A stretch of DNA of 32,000 bases from Acaryochloris thomasi RCC1774 (GTDB lineage Bacteria > Cyanobacteriota > Cyanobacteriia > Thermosynechococcales > Thermosynechococcaceae), in contig NZ_PQWO01000005.1 in the NCBI RefSeq assembly GCF_003231495.1, positions 1-32,000 of the forward strand, written 5' to 3'. Made by a program: the position numbers and the translations under genes. Within the stretch, counting starts at the first letter, position 1, and the number at the start of each line of letters is the position of its first letter. A model generated the notes under the pieces. It was not told the DNA's origin, ran no database searches, and saw only the letters and a list, made by a program, of their open reading frames with translations. This document shows positions 6,727 to 13,951 of this stretch, piece after piece.

Positions 6727-9396
6727 ATGTCGCAATCATCTTTAGATCTTTCTAGCCTCAACGGCAGTAATGGCTTTGTCATCAACGGCATTGACATATC
6801 TGATCAGTCTGGCTTCTCTGTGAGTGGTGCCGGCGATATTAACGGTGATGGCATTGATGACCTAATTATTGGGGCCTACCTTGCCGACCCCGACAGCACC
6901 AATGCTGCAGGTGAGAGCTATATCGTCTTTGGCAGCAGCAACGGCTTCAACAGCAGCCTCAACCTCTCCGATCTCAATGGCAGCAACGGCTTTACCATTA
7001 ACGGCATTGATATATCTGACCAGTCTGGCTTCTCCGTCAGTAGTGCTGGCGATGTCAACGGAGATGGCATCGATGACCTGATTATTGGGGCCTTTGCCGC
7101 AAATCCCAACGGCAACAACTCAGGTGAGAGCTATGTCGTCTTTGGCAGCAGCAATGGCTTCAGCAGCAGCCTTAACCTCTCCGATCTCAACGGCAGCAAC
7201 GGCTTTACCATTAACGGCATTGATCCAACAGATCAATCTGGCGTTTCCGTGAGCAGTGCTGGCGATGTCAACGGCGATGGCATTGATGACCTGATTATCG
7301 GTGCCAGGGCAGCAAACCCCGATGGCAACACCGTTGCGGGTGAGAGCTATGTTGTCTTTGGTAACAGTAATGGCTTCAGCAGTAGCCTCAACCTGTCCGA
7401 TCTGGACGGTAATGACGGCTTTACGATTAACGGAGTTGATCCATTTGATCAATCGGGTTTCTCCGTCAGCGGCGCCGGGGATATCAATGGTGATGGCATT
7501 GATGATGTCATTATTGGTGCCATGTATGCTGACCCCGATGACAACGATGCTGCAGGCGAGAGCTATGTGGTGTTTGGCAGCAGTAGTGGCTTTGACAGCA
7601 CCCTCAATCTATCGACACTCAACGGGAGTAATGGGTTTGTCATTCACGGCATTGACTCGATGGATCAGTCGGGTCGATCGGTCAGCAACGCCGGGGATAT
7701 TAATGGTGATGGCATTGACGACCTAATTATCGGAGCCTTGGGTGCAGACCCAGATGGCAGTAGTTCTGCAGGTGAGAGCTACGTGGTGTTTGGCAGCAGT
7801 AATGGCTTCAGCAGCACCCTCAATCTATCCGATCTAGATGGCAATAACGGCTTCACAATCAGCGGTATTGATCCATTCGATCAATCGGGGTATTCCGTGA
7901 GCAGTGCTGGGGATGTCAACGGTGACGGCATTGACGACCTGATTATTGGTGCCAGGGCGGCAGGCCCCAATGGCAATCTTGTCGCAGGCGAGAGCTATGT
8001 GGTGTTTGGCAACAGCAATGGCTTCAGCAGCACCCTCAATTTATCCAATATCAATGGCAGCAATGGCTTTGCTATTAACGGTATCAATCTAGAGGACCAA
8101 TCTGGTTTTTCCGTCAGTGGTGCTGGAGATGTCAACGGTGATGGCCTTGATGACCTGATTGTCGGTGCTCCCTATGCTGATCCGGGTGGCAATGGCGCAG
8201 CAGGCGAGAGCTACGTGATCTTTGGCTTTGAAAGCGGAAGCGGAGCGACCGAGGGTCCCGATCAGCTGGTCGGGACGCCGGAGAACGATACCTTAGAAGG
8301 CTTAGCGGGTGATGATCTGATCTCGGGCGGTAACGGTGCTGACGTCCTAGATGGTGGTCTCGACAATGACACTCTCTTGGGAGAAACAGGCAACGACACA
8401 CTCCTCGGTAACGCTGGCCTTGACTTGCTCCAAGGGGGTGGCGGTAGCGACTCCCTGAGCGGAGGGCTAGGTAACGACACCCTTGAGGGACAATCAGGCA
8501 ACGATACACTCCTCGGTGACGCTGGCCTTGACTTGCTCCAAGGGGGTGGCGGAAGTGACTCCCTGAGCGGAGGGCTAGATAACGACACCCTCGAAGGACA
8601 GGGCGGAAACGATACACTCCTCGGTAACGATGGCGCTGACTCACTTCGAGGGGGCAGCGGCAGTGACTCCCTAAGCGGCGGACTCAACAACGACACCCTT
8701 GAAGGACAAGGCGGAAACGATACACTTCTCGGCGGCAGCGGCAATGATTCCCTTATAGGTGCTTCGGGAAGCGATCGCCTGCAGGGCGGCGGCGGTGATG
8801 ATGTTCTCGGTGGCGGTGGCAACAATGACACCCTTGAAGGGCAAGCAGGGAACGATACCCTCCGGGGCAACAGTGGCTTCGATTCTCTCGCGGGCGCAGC
8901 CGGGAATGATCTCCTACAGGGAGGCTTGGCGAATGATTCTCTCAATGGGGGCAGTGACAACGATACCCTTGAAGGACAGTCAGGCTTTGATGTCTTGCTA
9001 GGGGGCAGCGGCAACGACATCCTGGTCGGTGGCTCCAACAATGACACGCTCACGGGCGGTATTGGGGCTGACACCTATCGCTTTGATACGGGCTTTAATA
9101 GTCTAGGTACGGATACGATTACCGACTTTGCCAGTAACGATGTATTGGAGTTAAGCCAGTCCGTCTTTGACTTGGGCGGTGTTGCGGGCACGAATATTGT
9201 TGCCAGTGAGTTTGCTACAGTGAACAGCTTAGTTGCGGCAGAAAATAGTGCAGCGCTGATCGTCTACAACCGCAATACTGGCGATCTGTTCTTCAATGCC
9301 AATGGCTCCGCTGCAGGGTTGGGCACAGGTGGCCAATTCGCTCAGTTGGAGAACAACTTCAATTTGATGGCTGAGCATATTGAGCTGACGGCTTAA
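6727..9396 (+). CDS. Secreted-type giant protein: seven FG-GAP (integrin-alpha-like) repeats + RTX nonapeptide block + conserved C-terminal module
   Basis: 889 aa with no N-terminal signal peptide. Seven ~65-aa repeats each contain S.S.AGD[IV]NGDG[IL]DD[LV]I[IV]GA (about nt 6727-8240). A long run of GGxGxDxLx repeats spans about 8270-9085. The C-terminal block TYRFDTGFNSLGTDTITDF...GGQFAQLENNFNLMAEHIELTA is shared with the three following genes. I see no Cys, Lys or Trp. Confidence 0.9.
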   Translation: MSQSSLDLSSLNGSNGFVINGIDISDQSGFSVSGAGDINGDGIDDLIIGAYLADPDSTNAAGESYIVFGSSNGFNSSLNLSDLNGSNGFTINGIDISDQSGFSVSSAGDVNGDGIDDLIIGAFAANPNGNNSGESYVVFGSSNGFSSSLNLSDLNGSNGFTINGIDPTDQSGVSVSSAGDVNGDGIDDLIIGARAANPDGNTVAGESYVVFGNSNGFSSSLNLSDLDGNDGFTINGVDPFDQSGFSVSGAGDINGDGIDDVIIGAMYADPDDNDAAGESYVVFGSSSGFDSTLNLSTLNGSNGFVIHGIDSMDQSGRSVSNAGDINGDGIDDLIIGALGADPDGSSSAGESYVVFGSSNGFSSTLNLSDLDGNNGFTISGIDPFDQSGYSVSSAGDVNGDGIDDLIIGARAAGPNGNLVAGESYVVFGNSNGFSSTLNLSNINGSNGFAINGINLEDQSGFSVSGAGDVNGDGLDDLIVGAPYADPGGNGAAGESYVIFGFESGSGATEGPDQLVGTPENDTLEGLAGDDLISGGNGADVLDGGLDNDTLLGETGNDTLLGNAGLDLLQGGGGSDSLSGGLGNDTLEGQSGNDTLLGDAGLDLLQGGGGSDSLSGGLDNDTLEGQGGNDTLLGNDGADSLRGGSGSDSLSGGLNNDTLEGQGGNDTLLGGSGNDSLIGASGSDRLQGGGGDDVLGGGGNNDTLEGQAGNDTLRGNSGFDSLAGAAGNDLLQGGLANDSLNGGSDNDTLEGQSGFDVLLGGSGNDILVGGSNNDTLTGGIGADTYRFDTGFNSLGTDTITDFASNDVLELSQSVFDLGGVAGTNIVASEFATVNSLVAAENSAALIVYNRNTGDLFFNANGSAAGLGTGGQFAQLENNFNLMAEHIELTA
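8392..8715 (+). repeat. Three tandem copies of a 108-bp (36-aa = four RTX nonapeptides) unit inside the RTX block
   Basis: The unit starts (AACGA[CT]ACACT[CT]CTCGG) at 8392, 8500, 8608 and 8716, an exact 108-nt period. The encoded units are NDTLLGNAGLDLLQGGGGSDSLSGGLGNDTLEGQSG, NDTLLGDAGLDLLQGGGGSDSLSGGLDNDTLEGQGG and NDTLLGNDGADSLRGGSGSDSLSGGLNNDTLEGQGG. Confidence 0.85.
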
Positions 9397-9482
9397 TTTA
9401 TCCCTGGGCTGGCCATCTTTTACCCACAATATAAATAGTCCGAGAGGATACCTGAACAATCAGATAAAGGTCGTCAGGAGGA

Positions 9483-9562
9483 TTTTGGGTTGCGATCGCA
9501 TCTCCAACTTGCCCCCTCTGCTTAGACAAACATCCTAGATTCCAGAACACATCCCATCGACG
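9483..9562 (-). pseudogene. Decayed copy of the 5' coding region of the TPR/GT41 gene
   Basis: 9483-9507 TTTTGGGTTGCGATCGCATCTCCAA matches 5755-5780 TTTTGGGTTGCGATCGCATCTTCCAA, and similarity continues to CACATC..CGACG. The minus-strand translation GCLSKQRGQVGDAIATQN aligns with MGSLLKQMGRLEDAIATQK of the intact protein. No start codon or long ORF remains. Confidence 0.7.
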
Positions 9563-9930
9563 AGGTCACAGCGCCCCTTATTTGCGCATTGAGTCACAGC
9601 AAGAAATTGCAGCTAGCACTGCAGCGAAGAATATAGCTTCAGTAGTTTTACCAAGATTTCAACCGATACTCTCAACTTATTTCAGTAAAATTCTTGAGGC
9701 TGTCACCCTAAGCCGTTGCCTAAGATGAAAACGGTTACCTAAAGCTAGCCCTCAGCTCTACCTATTTTTACTGATTTCTAAATAATTTTTTGAGCAGCTC
9801 AGTATTTTTTATCAATCGCTAGATTAACCTTCCAACCTGAACGATGCTCGCCATCATCTCAGGTTTTCTAGTCATAGATGTATGACTTAGATCCGTTTGG
9901 CCTAGCCAATTTTCCCACCCAATCTATTAC

Positions 9931-9963
9931 TAATGGCTCAGATCCAGGAGATCTAAGCCATTA
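9931..9963. promoter_or_regulatory. Imperfect 14-bp inverted repeat about 60 bp upstream of the RTX-matrixin start
   Basis: TAATGGCTCAGATC (9931-9944), a 5-nt spacer, then GATCTAAGCCATTA (9950-9963); 13 of 14 positions are complementary. Operator or 5'-UTR hairpin; function unknown. Confidence 0.3.
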
Positions 9964-10006
9964 GCAGTATTGATTTTCAGCTTCTTTAATAAAGGCATTT
10001 AATTTA

Positions 10007-13000
10007 ATGGCAGATAACGCATCTTCTCTATACCGCGCTCTTTTAATTGCCCAAGATTATTTGACCTCCTTTGCTGCCAGCGAAACCTTCACCGACAATT
10101 TGACTACGGCTTTTGGCAGTCTTCTCAACACTTCAACTGCTGCAGAATTTCGACAGCAATGGTTAACCGGTGACTTCAGCGGCATCTCAACGATCAAAGT
10201 CATCTCATCTAGCGACATCAACAGTGCCTTTACCCCCGCAGCCCAAACCATTTACCTCTCTTCAGAATTTCTGACCGCCAACACCGACAATCCTGCCGCC
10301 ATCGCCACAGTGCTGCTAGAAGAGATCGGTCACGCCCTCAATGCCCAGCTCACAGAAAGCAATACAGGCGATGAAGGAGAAGTCTTCGCAACCTTAGTCC
10401 AGGACGTGGAGCCAAGGATCTCCATGCAATTCGAAGCCATCTATGAAAATCCGGGCCTCTTACAAGAAGACCACCACGATGACTTTGAAGAATTCCAAGC
10501 CTCATCAAGATGGACCTCTACTGCAACCAATGGCTCAGGTTTACAGCAAGGCGACCCCACAACCTTAACGTGGAGCATTGTCGCAGACGGCACCTTCATT
10601 CCTGGCTTCAACGGTGAACCCGATGCCAACAGTGACTTAGTTGCATTCTTCAACAACATCTACGGCACCACGGCAGACTGGCTACCGATCTTTAGCAGCG
10701 TCTTTGACCGCTGGAGTGCCCTATCCGGCGTCAACTATGTCTTTGAAGCCAATGATGACGGAGCCGCATTTGGCAGTACCGTAGGACTTGTAGGCAGCCG
10801 TGGCGATGTGCGCATTGGCGGTCACTTTATTGACGGCGAATCGGGTTCCAACACTCTGGCCTACAACTTCTTCCCCAGCAACGGGGAAATGGTCATTGAT
10901 ACCTCTAACTTCAACTTCTATTCCAACACCAACAACAATTCTCTCAGCGTTCGCAATACCCTCGCCCATGAACTGGGACACGGCTTGGGATTAAGTCATG
11001 TCGAATCGAACAACGCCAAATTTTTGCTCGAGCCTTTTATCAGCACCGACTTTGATGGCCCTCAAATTGACGACATTCTAGGCTTACACCGCCTCTATGG
11101 TGATGCCCTCGAATCCAGCACAGGCAACCATAACCAATCCAATGACACTATTGCTGCAGCCACCAACTTAGGGACTGTCAATTCAGGAATGACGGTCTCC
11201 ATCGGCACAGACGCTTCCGATAGCAGCACCGTTGTTGCAGCCAATCAGACCGACTTCGTTAGTATCGACGACAACTCAGATACTGATTTTTATCGATTTG
11301 CGATCGCAAGCCCCTCCGCCATTGACGTCATTCTCAATCCCCGTGGTCCCTCCTACAACCAAGGCCCGCAGGAAGGCGCACAGGCCCTCTTCAACGCCAA
11401 AGCACTCAGCAATTTATCCCTAGCCGTTTTCAACAGCAGCGGCACTCTATTACGGAGCGTCAATAACGCTGCAGCCGGGGAGAGCGAGAGCATTGCAGGT
11501 CTGCAGCTATTGTCTCCGGGAGCCTATTACGTACGGGTAACGGGCAGCGCTAACAATGTGCAGCTCTATGATTTAAGTATTGCAGTCAATGCCAGTTCTG
11601 CATCCAACGATAATTTTGCAGATCGCTTTGTTCTAGCCGGTGAAAACACAGCAACAACCGGCTCTAACATCGGATTCACAGGCGAAACAGGCGAATCTAG
11701 CCAATCCGGTGTTCTTCACTCAGCCTGGTGGAGTTGGACCGCATCCTCGACCGGACAGGCCACCCTTGACACGAATGGCAGCAACTTTAATACCTTCCTA
11801 TCTGTCTTTACGGGCAGCTCAGTCAATAACTTAACGACCATTGGGCAAAACAATAACGGCGGCAACGGCAATCAAAGCCAGCTCAGCTTTACAACGGTCG
11901 CCGGAAGCACTTACCAGATTGCCGTAGATGGCGTCTCTAGCGATCAAGGTAACATTGCGCTCAACCTCAACTTTGCCAACAACGATAGCTTCGCCAATCG
12001 CCTTGCTCTAAGTGGTCAAAATACTAGCGTGACCGGCTCTAACGTCGGTTTCACCGGCGAAGCAGGGGAGTCCGCCCAAAGCGGCACCATCAACTCAGCT
12101 TGGTGGAGCTGGACTGCTGCTGCAACGGGAGAAGTCACGGTCGATACCAACGGGAGTAACTTTGATACCTTCCTATCGGTCTTCACCGGCAATGCAGTGA
12201 ATAGCTTGACAAGCGTAGGGCAAGACGATGATGGCGGCACGAATCTCCAGAGCCTCTTAACGTTCTCAGCCACAGCCGGGACAACGTATCACATCGCGGT
12301 TGATGGCTTCAGCGACAATACAGGCGACATTACGCTGAACCTAGCTCAGAACCTTGAAGGTATCCAACGCCTTGGCACCGGCGGTTCAGATCAGCTTATA
12401 GGTGGTGTCGGAGACGATACCTTAATCGGGTTCGGCGGCAATGACGTGCTATTTGGCGCCAACGGTGGCGACCTATTACGCGGCGGTAGCGGCAACGATG
12501 ACATCAGCGGCAGCGGCGGTATTGACACCCTGCTGGGCGAAGGTGGTCAGGATACCCTCGCAGGCGGTATCGGCGGCGATCAACTACAGGGGGGAAGCGG
12601 TAACGACTCCCTGCGTGGCGAAGCTGATAACGACACCCTACAAGGACAAGGGGGCGGCGACACGCTAATTGGCGGCAGCGGTGACGATTCATTGGTGGGT
12701 GCTTCAGGAAGCGACCTGCTGCAGGGAGGAGGAGATAACGACGTTCTCAGTGGCGGCGGCAATAACGATGTTCTTGCAGGCCAAGCAGGCAACGACACTC
12801 TGATTGGCAACAGTGGCTTGGACATCCTCACGGGACATGCGGGACATGATCTGCTTCAGGGTGGCCTTGCGAATGATGAACTCAATGGCGGCAACGATAA
12901 TGACACGCTCGAAGGCCAAGCGGGCTTCGATATTTTACTCGGCGGCAGCGGCGACGACATTCTGGTGGGTGGCTCGAATAATGACACGCTCACAGGCGGT

Positions 13001-13336
13001 ACCGGGGCCGACACGTTCCGGTTTGACAGTGGCTTCAATCGCCTAGGCGTCGATAGAATTACAGACTTTGCCAATGGCGATGTACTGCAGCTTAGTCAGT
13101 CAATCTTTGGTTTGCTCGGCAGCGCAGGTAGCAACATTATCGCTAGCGAATTTGCCACGGTAGGGAGCTTAGCAGCAGCAGAAAGCAGTACAGCAGTGAT
13201 TGCTTACAACAGCAACGATGGCCGCTTATACTTCAATTCTAACGGAGCAGCAGCTGGGCTAGGTTCGGGAGGCCAGTTTGCCCAGTTAGACAATACTTTT
13301 GATCTAAAGTCCAATCATATTGAACTGATTGCATAG
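10007..13336 (+). CDS. RTX-type secreted zinc metalloprotease: matrixin (M10A/MMP-like) catalytic domain + PPC-like domain + two 125-aa repeats + RTX block + shared C-terminal module
   Basis: 1109 aa. The zinc site HELGHGLGLSH lies at 10967-10999, followed by ...LLEPF...DDILGLHRLYGD, which is matrixin-like spacing. A DFYRF...YYVRV region resembles a pre-peptidase C-terminal domain. Repeats lie at 11606-11980 and 11981-12355. The RTX block spans about 12390-13020. The C-terminus TFRFDSGFNRLGVDRITDF...GGQFAQLDNTFDLKSNHIELIA is homologous to the FG-GAP paralogs. No signal peptide and no Cys. Confidence 0.88.
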   Translation: MADNASSLYRALLIAQDYLTSFAASETFTDNLTTAFGSLLNTSTAAEFRQQWLTGDFSGISTIKVISSSDINSAFTPAAQTIYLSSEFLTANTDNPAAIATVLLEEIGHALNAQLTESNTGDEGEVFATLVQDVEPRISMQFEAIYENPGLLQEDHHDDFEEFQASSRWTSTATNGSGLQQGDPTTLTWSIVADGTFIPGFNGEPDANSDLVAFFNNIYGTTADWLPIFSSVFDRWSALSGVNYVFEANDDGAAFGSTVGLVGSRGDVRIGGHFIDGESGSNTLAYNFFPSNGEMVIDTSNFNFYSNTNNNSLSVRNTLAHELGHGLGLSHVESNNAKFLLEPFISTDFDGPQIDDILGLHRLYGDALESSTGNHNQSNDTIAAATNLGTVNSGMTVSIGTDASDSSTVVAANQTDFVSIDDNSDTDFYRFAIASPSAIDVILNPRGPSYNQGPQEGAQALFNAKALSNLSLAVFNSSGTLLRSVNNAAAGESESIAGLQLLSPGAYYVRVTGSANNVQLYDLSIAVNASSASNDNFADRFVLAGENTATTGSNIGFTGETGESSQSGVLHSAWWSWTASSTGQATLDTNGSNFNTFLSVFTGSSVNNLTTIGQNNNGGNGNQSQLSFTTVAGSTYQIAVDGVSSDQGNIALNLNFANNDSFANRLALSGQNTSVTGSNVGFTGEAGESAQSGTINSAWWSWTAAATGEVTVDTNGSNFDTFLSVFTGNAVNSLTSVGQDDDGGTNLQSLLTFSATAGTTYHIAVDGFSDNTGDITLNLAQNLEGIQRLGTGGSDQLIGGVGDDTLIGFGGNDVLFGANGGDLLRGGSGNDDISGSGGIDTLLGEGGQDTLAGGIGGDQLQGGSGNDSLRGEADNDTLQGQGGGDTLIGGSGDDSLVGASGSDLLQGGGDNDVLSGGGNNDVLAGQAGNDTLIGNSGLDILTGHAGHDLLQGGLANDELNGGNDNDTLEGQAGFDILLGGSGDDILVGGSNNDTLTGGTGADTFRFDSGFNRLGVDRITDFANGDVLQLSQSIFGLLGSAGSNIIASEFATVGSLAAAESSTAVIAYNSNDGRLYFNSNGAAAGLGSGGQFAQLDNTFDLKSNHIELIA

Positions 13337-13951
13337 AGAGTCATTTGCATAACACAACATTTACCAACCTTGAAAGTTCGGACTTTTGGGAATCTATTAT
13401 CTTTAGTCAATTTCAATTGTGTAAAGAACGATATATCTAACTAAATCTGATTAGATACATGCTAAGTTAATGGCGGGGTTACAAAATTTTTGCAAAAATG
13501 TAGGGCAACGCTAGCCTTACTCTTATTCGGGGGATTCGGGTTCTATTGGCTATGGATAATGGACAGAGGTGTCAATAATCCACGGATCTAATTGGGCCTA
13601 CGCAAAAATTTTATCGTTCTGAAATATTGATCTTTGAGCTATACAACAGATGTTCAGATTAAGCTCTGAGCGGATAAAGCACCGTCTGGTACGGCAATGA
13701 GATGCCTTTAATCGTGTACATCCTGCTTTAGCTCTTCTCCAAAGTTCTTCCTAGAAGTGAATAGGCAGATAACTCTCACTGCTTGGGTTTTATTCCCCAA
13801 CGTTGGCATAGTCGAATCCACACCCGTTTTGGTCAGGGAATAGCTTCGACTAGAGCTGCATAAGCAATTTTGGCAGGGAAATACTTCTGAGTAGGGCTGC
13901 ATATATCTTCTCCTTATCTATCTTTTTTCTGGTGTCAGCAAGGCAAAAAAT

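Noticed and set aside
8262-9074. Long minus-strand ORFs (8262-9074, 8132-8644, 12580-12831, 16213-16398, 19713-20393 and others) rich in Pro/Ser/Leu/Arg
   Set aside because: They are antisense shadows of the periodic, GC-rich RTX nonapeptide coding sequence. They have low-complexity products, no SD and no independent evidence, while the plus-strand genes have strong domain signatures.
8270-9085. Regularly spaced short repeats that might suggest a CRISPR array
   Set aside because: The periodicity is 27 nt (108 nt at the higher level) and in-frame within a long ORF encoding GGxGxDxLx. There is no repeat-spacer architecture and there are no cas genes.
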